Shown here piece after piece: positions 14,615-25,127 of a stretch of 64,000 nt of DNA. The DNA lies in the NCBI GenBank assembly GCA_051362555.1, contig CM120643.1, positions 20,402,848 through 20,466,847 on the forward strand, written 5' to 3'. A program made the translations under genes and the position numbers. The stretch is from Lingula anatina (Eukaryota; Animalia; Brachiopoda). The notes beneath the pieces are model-generated. The model was not told where the DNA came from and did no database searches. It saw nothing but the letters and a program-made list of their open reading frames with translations. The first letter of the stretch is position 1. Each line of letters opens with the position of its first letter.

Positions 14615-16457
14615 GATTTGATTAACTAAAATGGAGAATATCTTAACTTTGTTCAATTTACACAAAAATTTAAAAATATTACTGATTTTTTTACATTTCA
14701 TGGTATGATATCCACTGTAAAAAGATATCAAAAAGAGCTTGATATTGACATGAAAGGAAAAATAGAGTGTCCATGTTTATCTACACAAATATTGTGGTTG
14801 ATAGGATTTAGTGAAGGTGTAAACCGTTCTATGACTCAATAGTAAATTCAGACATACAAAGATATAAATCTAGGGAAAATTGCGAACATTTATTAGAAAA
14901 TACTTTTAATGCTAATTATTGGAAAAAATTAATAGTTTACCTTTTACCTGTACAAAAGAAACAAAAAATTTATTATTATCCTACCATATTACTTGTAATT
15001 TTCTGCTTTTTATATATGTTTAAAAGTGTAACATTCAAAAAAATTCAAGAATAAAAAACTTGAAAATAGTTTTGCATGTTTTAAATAAATAAAACAAACA
15101 AAAATAAAAGTAAAATAAACTAAAAAAACATTGAAGAAAACATTAATTAAATGAATGAATTTTCAATACTTTTTACATTCACCACTACTGCCATCCTTTA
15201 CTGGTTCCTGTTTCTTGCCACTGACATGCTGTTCTAATTTCTGTACTCTGTCCAAATATAAAATACACTTAGTTCTGATACTTTCCCTAGCTTCGTCACT
15301 ATCTGCCTCATCTGAAATCAGAATAAATCACCTAGTATTACTGAAACTAGCTGAGATTTTTAGTTTGAAAGATTTTTCAATGTTTTATAAATGAACATCT
15401 CTAGCAGTGAATTCAAAAGCTTTTACATTTAACCAAACAATAATTTCTATACATAGCAACAGAAAGACCACACGTATTGATTTTAATATTGCAATTGCAA
15501 TTTTACAAAGAAACTTGATTAAAAAAACACAATCTGCATACATTTAATTGCATGGAGAAAGTACTCCACACCCTGCTCATACAACCTCAAGGCTTCCTCA
15601 TAATTCTTTTTCTTGTCTTCTTCTGTAGCCTTGGTGACTATATAATTGGCTTTCTGGAAAGAGATGTGGGCATGGAAATTAGTAATGTATTGTAATAAAA
15701 AGCAAGAAAAAATGGAAAACAAATTCTTCATTTACAATCCAGTGCTAAATAGTACATTTGGTTTCTGGGGAGAAATGTCAAATAAGCACAAAGTCAAATG
15801 CTCACCTCACACATATGTATTGTTACTAGTATTACACAATCTACTCAAACACGATACTTAAACTTTTAATGACTTACTCCTGACGTTACTCATGTGTGTG
15901 GTCGACACATCATCATCATCAAAAATAATCAGTTTCTACTTATATTTTGTTTTTTTTTAATATCAGCAAAACTTTGCTCCGACTTCGAAGTAGCAGTGTC
16001 AGATTAGGTTGAATAAAGCAGTGAGACGAATGAAAACTGGAAATTGTGGCCCGACTCTGGCTGTTAGTGTTACGGCAATATTTTAACTGTCGAGTCTTGT
16101 GCATGACCAAGCACTCATAAAAAGGCAGTTGCTAAACTCTATGTCATTCTTATGAAGGTTTACTGATGCCAATAATATTCAAATTGATGAAGACTATATC
16201 TTGAATGGATATTAGGATCATACTGGTGATGCACATGACTCACAAGCTCTTTCAAAACAAATAGGCCTACCTCTAAAACTAGAAAAGCACTCCGAGAGGA
16301 GCCGAAGCTCTTTCAAAACAAATACATACATGTACATGTACCTCTAAAAAAAGTGGATTTATCGGGATTTTTTTACTCGCAGGGGTAGATCAGCATAACA
16401 GTGATCGGAATCACATCAACCAATAAGCATTTGACTTACCTGTAAGCTCGTGGACAT
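786..16457 (-). CDS. VPS4: VPS4-like gene AB, tandem-MIT chimeric paralogue (5' part; AAA exons 5-12 would lie left of the window)
   Basis: Seven exons, all with GT-AG and matching phases: 16457-16440, 15653-15542, 15311-15170, 4751-4577, 1909-1798, 1569-1428, 982-786. The joined frame is open: [71 protein letters not shown]...-EGHSD...[24 protein letters not shown]...[28 protein letters not shown]...-KGDNDSSD...[37 protein letters not shown], which matches the VPS4 N-terminus. Confidence 0.75.
1428..1569 (-). CDS. VPS4: VPS4 exon 3 (MIT helix 3), copy A
   Basis: 142 bp, ttcag|AT GAG...AGA AA|gtaatg; [40 protein letters not shown]. Confidence 0.92.
1798..1909 (-). CDS. VPS4: VPS4 exon 2 (MIT helices 1-2), copy A
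   Basis: 112 bp, tttccag|AAA GCC ATT...AAA T|gtgtgc; [37 protein letters not shown]. Confidence 0.93.
2135..2391. mobile_element. Fold-back MITE (Harbinger-like ends)
   Basis: Long imperfect inverted arms (gtgttcacatgaa...ttcatgtgaacgc; gtgccctgaatacccc...ggggtattcaggcac); absent from paralogous intron 1; related fragment at about 27465-27600. Confidence 0.7.
2648..4375 (-). mobile_element. Helentron-type non-autonomous element (HINE family 1) with about four 146-bp internal repeats
   Basis: Ends aactagag...GAGGCGatacCGCCTC hairpin plus subTIR gtaccaccagc, and terminal hairpin gtaccgccagcgt-a-c-acgctggtggtac. No TSD relative to the empty site (cattcttataaagg at 34211). Confidence 0.8.
4577..4751 (-). 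CDS. VPS4: Chimeric VPS4 exon: truncated exon 4 fused to the 3' end and donor of exon 1
   Basis: Exon-4 acceptor (tgcag|G GAA GGA CAC), 58 open codons ending ...[11 protein letters not shown]|gtaagc. The following intron (4576-4378, 2647-1910) is homologous to intron 1 of the other copies (e.g. ggggtagatcagcataacag at about 4517, 16382, 33259, 34369). Confidence 0.8.
7520..7850 (+). mobile_element. Degenerate hAT/ZNF862-type transposase N-terminal remnant (TTF-like zinc finger)
   Basis: Fragments KFC...[21 protein letters not shown], then [14 protein letters not shown]...[11 protein letters not shown]; stops and frameshifts present. Confidence 0.55.
8024..8646 (-). mobile_element. Truncated HINE family 1 copy (3 internal repeats)
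   Basis: Degenerate ctagaagatcagaaagacgatactgcctcc terminus followed by aggtcaaaggtcaatttcaaggtcac units. Confidence 0.75.
8650..10046. repeat. Degenerate tandemly repeated interspersed family (resumes at 11770-11870; also about 41460-41890)
   Basis: Recurring block tggttttcc..taatggtca...gcagtgcc..aaaagggttgtcttcaattttgatgcaa..tacataatgcttaacagc at about 8820, 9590, 9930 and 41590. Confidence 0.6.
10047..11769 (-). mobile_element. HINE family 1 copy with nested MITE
   Basis: Same termini as 2648-4375. Confidence 0.8.
10449..11002. mobile_element. Harbinger-type MITE, about 150-bp TIRs, 3-bp TSD TAT
   Basis: tat[GAGCGCATTCTCAACGAATTA...TAATTCGTTGAGAATGCGCTC]tat inserted in the host repeat motif atatgacttcc. 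Confidence 0.85.
12310..12692 (+). mobile_element. TTAA-target MITE (Kolobok-type)
   Basis: ttaa[AGGTACATACGAA...TTGTATGCATCT]ttaa; three copies in the window. Confidence 0.85.
12730..13390 (-). mobile_element. HINE family 2 element with internal tandem repeats
   Basis: Repeats of ttatcggtgttgcatatatgctgaaaaaa...ctgattttcaaacttgacctg; same terminus as 28250-28756. Confidence 0.65.
13400..14960 (+). mobile_element. Degenerate L1/Tx1-type LINE reverse transcriptase fragment
   Basis: [22 protein letters not shown] at about 13697, SQYADDTT at about 13817, ILGV.F, W..R.LT..GR; many frameshifts; contains poly-A (13930-13970) and (TA)n (14570-14610). Confidence 0.85.
15170..15311 (-). CDS. VPS4: VPS4 exon 3, copy B
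   Basis: 142 bp, [44 protein letters not shown]. Confidence 0.88.
15542..15653 (-). CDS. VPS4: VPS4 exon 2, copy B
   Basis: 112 bp, [41 protein letters not shown]. Confidence 0.9.
16440..16457 (-). CDS. VPS4: VPS4 exon 1 coding part, copy B (MSTSLQ)
   Basis: ATG TCC ACG AGC TTA CAG|gtaagt; matches the VPS4 N-terminal ...LQ|KA exon boundary. Confidence 0.85.
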
Positions 16458-16520
16458 TTAGACCAGCTTTGCTAATTTCTCTACATCCAAACAGTACGAG
16501 TACTGACCTCCCGAAAGGAT

Positions 16521-16553
16521 GGCGGAAGTTGACAGTCATCAGAGCCACGTGAC
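16521..16553 (-). promoter_or_regulatory. VPS4 copy B proximal promoter: ETS-like GGCGGAAGT and E-box GCCACGTGAC
   Basis: Motifs 65-95 bp upstream of the ATG, conserved in position in the other two 5' modules. Confidence 0.5.
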
Positions 16554-17742
16554 TTTCAAGACAAAAATATCGCACTATTGTTTTAGTTTGATTATCAAAA
16601 TTATATGCCAACAGACGTGTCAGTTGAATACATTTTATAATTGATTACATTATCTTGATAGGCGACACCTTTTGACTAGTTTGCACACTGACCGCCGCCT
16701 GCTAGTGAATCTAATGTGAAAGGAAAGTGAAAGTCAAAATCGTTCATCGTAACTTTAAGGCATTCGTTTTATAATCTTGCGGTGGCCTCTAAGATGGTTC
16801 TGTACAACACAGTCAGGCCTGCAAGAATATATCCGTGTGTCTGTCCGTGTCGTCGCTGGTGCTGTCGCTGTCCAACACATGACGGTCGCCCCATAAAGTC
16901 TGCCAAACCGTATATTTGTTTTACTTTAAATTTACGGAGTTGCTTTGTTTGGTAAAAATGCAGGTTGCTTTCAAAAATAGGCATGATCCTTTCACATTAA
17001 CGGTAATTATTGTTTTTGTTTTTTTTTATATATTTTTTTATTTCACACAGCATTCTCGGCTTTTATAACCGATGAAACCCAATTATTTGCTAGTTTTTCA
17101 ATATCCATGTTACCTGTATTATGTATATATTATAATGTAAGATTATGCTGTTTTATAGCATTATGTAGGGGACTAATAGTGCATCATAATTGGGCAAATC
17201 ATTATTTGGTGCACTCTTTCTGCGTCTGAATGTCTGAAAATTTGTCAGCTTTGCTGCCTTGTTTCCTGTATGTTTTCTATATATTTACCAGCTTTGCTGT
17301 TAATCTTGCGGAAACCTCTACAACTACATGTAAATACCGACACAGTTACAAGTGCACGAAATTTTCACTGAAAAAAGGGAGATTCTTAGATCTGAACAGC
17401 AGAGATATTTAAAAAAAGTCAACACATAACTTCATGAAATAAAATTCAAAGGCTTATACTTTATAGGCTTGGGAGGGGGTACTGCAATAGTATTATTTAT
17501 TATTATTATTATTATTATTTTTTTTTTTTTTTTTGCACTTCACCTCTACAAGTACAATATATAGGGCCTACTAGTAAGTGAATGGAAAACGAAAGTTTAA
17601 CGAAAGAATCTTTTTTACTTCATAATAATAGTTTACAAGTCTAATTTTTTCATTCATTTTCATCATAGAGCAAAGTAAATTATAACAAGCTAGCATGATC
17701 AACTGTGAAAAGTATAGACTACATCATTTTAGTACATCATAA

Positions 17743-18893
17743 TGTAATGAAAATTTCAATTAAATTATTGTGAACACAGAAAAAAAGTGCCTTTAAGTGC
17801 ATTTGACTCATGCGCTGAATATTTAAACTAAGTTAATGTATAATTTATTCATTTTCAATGTACCAGTGCTGTTGTAATAAGCCCTGTAAATATATATTGC
17901 GGAGATTCAGAAGATTTTCAGAAAACTCGACTTTTCTGCTAAACGGTAGTTACACGTGAGTGTAAACACGTTTAGCAGTGGTTCTCTCCCTGTCCAAAAA
18001 TCCCCTGGGTAAGAGCCACCATCCACCCCATTTTCAGCTGTCAAGCACTCGTTGGGTGAAGATTCCCAGACGCAGTAGAGCTACACTCGAGGTTCCGATT
18101 GAGAGGACTTGTTCTCTCTGGCAGGTTCACTGGGGCGGTAGTAAAAGCAGTTGGTTGGTGTCGCAGGGTTCACGCCGAGTGGGGACCCTTAGCTGTTGGT
18201 TGGTGTCGCAGGGTTTACGCTGTGTCGGGACCCTTAGCAGGTGGCTGGACGGAGAACGGGAAGTTGGGCTCTCCCGTGGGTTCGTGCCGTGACGGAACCC
18301 AAGGCAGGTGGTTTGTCGCAGGGTTTACGCCGTGTCGAGACCCCTAGCAGGTGGCTGGACGGAGAACGGGAAGTTGGGCTCTCCCGTGGGTTTCTGCCGT
18401 GACAGAACGCTAAGTAGGTGATTGGTCGGAGAGTCCGGGCCGTGTCGGAACTCTAGGCAAGTGGTTGGTTGGAAAACGGGAAGCAAGCTGTCCCGAGGGT
18501 GTGCGTCGTGCCAGCACCCTAAGTCGTTGATTGAAGGAGGGAAGTCTACCGCTTAGACTCTCCCAAAGGTGCGCACCGTGTTGGCACTTGTAGCTGTGGG
18601 CCGGTAGAAGAGGAGCCACTGCTGTCACAGTCTCCCACCGATTGCAAGTTTATGCAGAACTAAAACTGGACATTAACTGAATTTATCCAAAGAACACATA
18701 TTTAACGTGGACTTAAAGACAATAACTGAATATCAGAGTGGGCATTATTACCACATTGCATTTTGTTGGATTTTAATAAACATTTTGAACCTTTTTACAT
18801 CAGCAGTTTGTTTCTTGGATTTGAACCTTTAAAACAATGACGAATCCCTTTTAATACTGTACGGACTGAAGTACCAACATAAAATCCGTTACA
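17743..18893 (+). mobile_element. Solo LTR (Gypsy-like), 4-bp TSD ATAA
   Basis: ataa[TGTAATG...CGTTACA]ataa; internal GC-rich repeats of about 110 bp (18150-18530); AATAAA at about 18775; absent from the paralogous site at about 35560. Confidence 0.8.
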
Positions 18894-18900
18894 ATAATAT

Positions 18901-20450
18901 CAGTGTTCCCGGAAAACCGTCGGGCAGACGAACATGTCCGTCATAAATTGAAAATGCCCTAGTAGTCTACTGGGAACTTGCTTTATATTATTGCTTTGAA
19001 CTCAAAAAGAATACCCACGCTTGGACTCTCCCAAACAACTCAAACGTGTAGTAAACAATGTGTAGGCCTATTCGGCCACTACTACACGTTTGGCCTACCA
19101 CTGCTGAACCGGTTCAGGCCAGGGCCCCGTAACTCGAAAGCATCGCGCATTGCGACCTAGCGCAAGAGTCTCGATTCCATAAACCCCATATGTGGGGCGA
19201 GTATGGGCGAGTTATGGAATGGAGAAGCTTGTGCTCGGTCGCAATGCGCGGTGCTTTCGAGTTACGGGGGCCCAGCTTTGAAGCCTCAGAGTTGAGGGAT
19301 GAACATACGTCAACAGTGCAGACACAGTGGCGCCCCCCCCCCCCCCCCCCCCCCCCAGTGAAGAGCATATACTTGTACTTGACGTGCGTTACAGTTAAAA
19401 AAAAAGGCATATATCGCTTTGATTTCTGCTCAGCTGCCATAAGTACAGACTCAGTGATAAAAACGATGTAATTTTTTTTATTTTTTAAAAAGTGAATAAG
19501 TGAATAGTTGATTTTAAATATTAATGTGAGATGATCTTAATAGTTCTTCTCAATTCAACATGCATATACAGTATATTGGACCATTGTGTTCTTGTGTATT
19601 TGATTTTTCATTTGGCAATTTATGTGATAAAAGTTTCATTTAAATTTTCAAATATTTATAGTGATTAAAATTTCAGGTTACTATTATAATAATAATGATA
19701 TAATTATAAAGCAATGTCTGAGAACCATTACATGGCTTTCTCTTGTTTTTTTTTTTCATTTTTGTTTTTTCTTTGATAGATAGATAGATAGATAGATAGA
19801 TAAGGATTTTAAAAACATAAAAATAAAATAATTTAACAATAGTAGATATGCATTTTGCATTCTCTGACAACCAGTATTTTGTGCATGGAGATGGAAAAAT
19901 TAAATGTATACATTTTAAAAATGCCCAGTACAATTATTTACTTTTAGAAAAATTTTCAAGCAGTACAATTATTCCACCAAAACAATATAATGAAGCTGAA
20001 AGTTTTTAGCAGACATTTACAATTTGATTGATATTTTTCTAAAATCTAAAACTCTTACAATCAATCCTAAATATGAAAAGACTTAACAAATCAAGGCCTT
20101 GTTTCTCTTTTAGTATTGACAATCTGTTGGAATTTTTTTCATTTTATTTTTGGACCAGTAACTTTTAAGTGATCCTGGTGGATTTTAATAAATCTGTGAT
20201 CCAAATGGCCAGGAAGCTGACAAGTTAAGTCACAGGCTGTGACATGTTGAAAAATGAGGCCACTATTTCACAGTGTTCTTGATGTAGGCACTTTTTTGTA
20301 CCTCTGTTGTTATTGGACTTGTCTTTAAATTAAAACATGAAAAATGATATGTTTTTCAAATGTCTGACATGATCAAAAAATGTGTGACATCAACATATTT
20401 TATGTCAGACAAAATGTCAGACTGGTATTCAAAAAATTTTGGGAACACTG
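18901..20450. mobile_element. Non-autonomous hAT-like element
   Basis: TIRs CAGTGTTCCC...GGGAACACTG; absent from the paralogous site; TSD degenerate. Confidence 0.7.
19123..19272. mobile_element. Harbinger-type MITE nested in hAT element
   Basis: cag[GGCCCCGTAACTCGAAAGCA.CGCGCATTGCGACC...GGTCGCAATGCGCG.TGCTTTCGAGTTACGGGGGCC]cag. Confidence 0.8.
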
Positions 20451-22220
20451 TCATATCAAATAAGTAAAAAAAAGTAAAATGCAGGCCAGGAACAAATATG
20501 TCAGTGGACCCTGGGAGTTGTACTTCTCTTGTCCTCCACAGATGAAGGAGTTGTGTGCTGTTACAGTGTGTGTGACACAGCAGGCTTCAGCCACAGTCTC
20601 CAGACAGCTGCCACAGATTCTTAAATGCAGGTGAATATTGTATTGTCACTTAATGATGAATATATAAATAAATACATGATTAATAAAACTGGATAAATTT
20701 CTTAGTATGAGTTGATATTATTGAGTGAATGAATACATGTTTAAATAAATAAATAAATAGATTGATGAAAGAATAATCAGAAATGTAAATTCTTTAATAT
20801 TAAACTTTTTATATTATTTATTAAAGGACTGGAAATAGTTTTAATTTTTAATTTCAAAAATTCCCTTTGACATGCCTCTAATTTATTTAAAGGTGTTGCT
20901 ATTTATTATTAGAAATTTATTTTCAGGATTGGCATAATGTGTACTAGTTTGAAAATAAAATATGTCCAGCAAAATGACTATCAGAAAAAGTTTCTCTGTA
21001 AGCAACATTTATTATCTTTCAATAAATTATTAATTGATCATACAGTAAAATGTAAAATATCATAAAGCTGCAGTGTGGTGAATATACTCCTTTATTAACA
21101 ATCATTTTGCAATAAATCCTCTTCGCTATCATGACATTTACTTATTTACATTATCTTCATATTCATGCACATACAGCTTTTTATTTGCTTACACTTGATA
21201 CATCTTTTGGCCAAAATGGATATTGCCATTAAAAATTCAAATTTCCATCACATTATCTAAAAAATGAAAAAAAAAAATGTTAACAAAAGGTGTATAAGAG
21301 AAGCACTGCCTCCACCAATATTGTAAAATTAATTCAACATTGCAAAATACAAACTGGAACCATTGGAAAAGAAGATAAAGGAGTTTCTTTGGGTCTTCTT
21401 TATTCACAGTCAGTAGGCTTTGAACGTGTAAGAGCATCGCTCTGGTGGGTGAAAGAAAAAGTAAAATTCCATCTTGACAACAGTGACATGCAATATCATT
21501 TTAAGCCCTGGCTGCGACAAATCATTTAGGCATTTCAGCACTTTTTTTTACTATAGATGTTGAAATGTGAAAGAATATGTAAGTAAGACTTTGAACCTTT
21601 GTTTCTATAATTATATAATCACCACTAAAGCAGATAATACAAATTTTGTCTGGAATATTTCCCAAATTTAATTCATTAATTAAAAGGAGTTGTTTGGACC
21701 CCCCTGCAAGAGGCTAGTTTTCACATCACTTTTAAATCTTCGACTATAGGCTCAGTCATGCAAATTTTCAATTTTTTTTTTTTACATTGTATGCATCAGT
21801 CACATTTATAACATTCTTCAAAATATATATACAAAACACGAAAATATTTAGAACCAATTTTTTTTTATCAACACCAAAGATTCTTTTAATTTAGTAGCAA
21901 GCAAGAGGGAAGTTAGATGGATTCTGGATGAAAAACCAATGAGAGGGGGAAAGGGTTAGGAATAAACGCTAATTCTCATTTTAAACCATGCAATGTAAAG
22001 GAAACTGTACAATACAATACAACAGATTTATTTCATTTCAGGAAACATTAGCTTTGCAGCTATTCACTGACTAGGACATAGTACATTTCTACAAATAATG
22101 CAGTATTTACACATTTAGGTTTAGTAAGATAGTAAATGATAAATCTTTCTATGAAAAATACACAAATGCTAGACATAATTAAATGTGAAAAACAAACATT
22201 TCTACATGCAAAGTTCAGTA

Positions 22221-25127
22221 AACTAGAGGATCAGAGAGGCGATACCGCCTCCGAATATTGTACCACCAGCTGGAGCAAGCGCATTCGTATAGACCCCCAC
22301 ATACACAAAATAAGGGACATAGCCACCAGTTTTGTGCTTGACAAGCTGTAAAAATGCAATCAACAAGAATTTTTAAACTATTGCAAAAAATATATATGGT
22401 ACAATCAAATTTAAGTTCTTCGTAAGGTAGGTCAAGGGTCAATTTCAAGGTCACAGTAAATTGCCAGTATATGACTTCCTATTCAAGTTCAAGAGTAACT
22501 ATGGACCTATCTCTGTCAAGTTTGAAGTTAAAAGAGAAAGAAATTAGCAGAGTTCAGTTCATGATAAAAAGTAGGTCAAAGGTCAATTTCAAGGTCACAT
22601 TTAGATTGCCAGTATATGACTTTCTATTCAAGTTCAATAGTAACTATGGACCTATCTCTGCCAGTTTTGGAGATAAAAGGGAAGCAAAATTTGCAAAGTT
22701 CAGTTTATGGTGAAAAGTAGGACAAAGGTCAATTTTAATGTCACATTTATAATGCCAGTATATGACTTCCTATTCAAGTTCAATAGTAACTACGGACCTA
22801 TCTCAGCCAGTTTTGGAGATAAAAGGAAAGCAAAATTTGCAAAATTCAGTTTATGGTGTAAAGAAGGTCAAAGGTCAATTTTAAGGTCACATTTAGATTG
22901 CCAGTATATGACTTCCTTTTCAAGTTCAATAGTAACTATGGACCTATCTCTGCCAGTTTTGGAGATAAAAGGAAAGCAAAATTTGCAAAGTTCAGTTCAT
23001 GGTGAAAAGTAGGTCAAAGGTCAATTTCAAGGTCACATTTAGATTGCCAGTATATGACTTCCTATTCAAGTTCAATAGTAACTATGGACCTATCTCAGCC
23101 AGTTTTGGAGATAAAAGGGAAGTAAAATTTGCAAAATTCAGTTCATGGTGAAAAGTAGGTCAAAGGTCAATTTCAAGGTCACATTTAGATTGCCAGTATA
23201 TGACTTCCTATTCAACTTCAATAGTAACTATGGACCTATCTCTGCCAGTTTTGGAGATAAAAGGGAAGCAAAATTTGCAAAGTTCAGTTTATGGTGAAAA
23301 GTAGGTCAAAGGTCAATTTTGAGGTCACATTTAGACTGCCAGTATATGACTTCCTATTCAAGTTCAATAGTAACTATGGACCTATCTCAGCCAGTTTTGG
23401 AGATAAAAGGAAAGCAAAATTTGCAAAATTCAGTTCATGGTGTAAAGTAGGTCAAAGGTCAATTTTAAGGTCACATTTAGATTGCCAATATATGACTTCC
23501 TATTCAAGTTCAATAGTAACTACGGACCTATCTCAGCCAGTTTTGGAGATAAAAGGAAAGCAAAATTTGCAAAATTCAGTTCATGGTGTAAAGAAGGTCA
23601 AAGGTCAATTTTAAGGTCACATTTAGATTGCCAGTATATGACTTCCTATTCAAGTTCAATAGTAACTATGGACCTATCTCTGCCAGTTTTGGAGATAAAA
23701 GGGAAGCAAATTTTGCAAAGTTCAGTTTATGGTGAAAAGTAGGTCAAAGGTCAATTTTAAGGTCACATTTAGATTGCCAGTATATGACTTCCTATTCAAG
23801 TTCAATAGTAACTATGGACCTATCTCTGCCAGTTTTGGAGATAAAAGGGAAGAAAAATTTGCAAAGTTCAGTTCAAGGTGAAAAGTAGGTCAAAGGTCAC
23901 TTTCAAGGTCATAGTAAGATTGCCAGTATATGACTTCCTATTCAACTTCAATAGTAACTATGGACCTATCTCTGCCAGTTTTGGAGATAAAAGGGAAGAA
24001 AAATTTGCAAAGGTCAGTTCATGGTGAAAAGTAGGTCAAAGGTCACTTTCAAGGTCATAGTAAGATTGCCAGTATATGACTTCCTATTCAACTTCAATAG
24101 TAACTATAGACCTATCTCTGCCAGTTTTGGAGATATAAGGGACTAAATGTTATAATTTTGGAGTTACCATAATGTGCCTTAAATTTCGTACAGAAAAAAT
24201 TAATTAAAATAAAGAAAATGTCATTTTGGTCAAAATTCTTGAAATAGGAGGTGCTCTGAAGTTTCAGAAGTTCAAATTTGATGAAATAATGTCATTTTTG
24301 AACACAAGTTGTCTGCTTTGCCAAGCCTTATGTTTTATTTTTCCAGAGTTCAAAATTTATTATCCATTACCGTACTGCACATTTTGCTTTTACCACCAAT
24401 ATGTACTTTTTGATACAGCGTAACTCGAAAACCGTATGGAATACAAAAAAAACGAGACCACCTCCAGTGTTGGGCTTTACATGCTCTACAAAATGCAAAA
24501 AAGAATGGGTCTCTAGCATTAACGGTTCCCGAATTAGAGACAGTTTCCAGTTTCAGTATCTTATGGCCGCTACTCCCGTGAAAATGCACCGATTGACCCC
24601 AAATTCATGGAGATGAAAGTTGACCTGAAGGGTAACACCTTCCAATAATATTATTGGTTAAGTCTGTGTGGTGTCTGAATAACAGGGCAAAAAAAATTTT
24701 TTTCGTAAAAAAATTTCATTTTTTTGAAAATTTTGGCCCATTTGACCTTGAAGTAAAGGTCAAAGGTCAAATCCAAGGGTATATTTGAAATCTACACATA
24801 TGACTTTTGGAAAGCCGTCTATAGAAATTTTTCCCATAACTCCTTCCGTAGGGTAGATAATTAGCATTTAATTTTGCCATTTTTAGACAAGGGTGCATTG
24901 CAATGAGTGCCACACCTAGACCCCAATACCGACAAAGCCCAAATTTTACGTGGAACGAGTTGAGATTATAGGTGACCTAAATCCATGAGATGGGTACGGG
25001 GGCCCTTACCGTCTAGGAGGAGAAGCGGTAACGGTAGCCGTCCGGCACGGAGCCGGCGGAGCCGGCGGAACGATCCGGACGGGACCGAAACCATGTGTAC
25101 CGCCAGCGCTAACGCTGGTGGTACAAT
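22221..25127 (-). mobile_element. HINE family 1 copy with 12 x 146-bp satellite
   Basis: Family termini; the empty paralogous site cagtaaataacattaa at 39861 shows insertion without a TSD. Confidence 0.88.
22425..24140. repeat. 146-bp tandem array (12 units)
   Basis: aggtcaaaggtca-type motif at 22573, 22719, 22865, 23011, 23157, 23303, 23449, 23595, 23741, 23887 and 24033 (exact 146 spacing), plus a first unit at about 22430. Confidence 0.95.

Noticed and set aside
16411-16611. Conserved ORF upstream of and overlapping exon 1 (also 33293-33490)
   Set aside because: Out of frame with VPS4 and runs into intron 1; similarity reflects the duplicated promoter
17978-18628. ORFs in GC-rich repeats
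   Set aside because: Internal tandem repeats of a solo LTR; no gag/pol motifs
22425-24140. Regular repeat array resembling CRISPR, with several ORFs (22471-23742)
   Set aside because: Units are contiguous 146-bp near-copies with no unique spacers, lie inside a Helentron-type element in eukaryotic DNA, and have no cas genes nearby; the ORFs are repeat by-products
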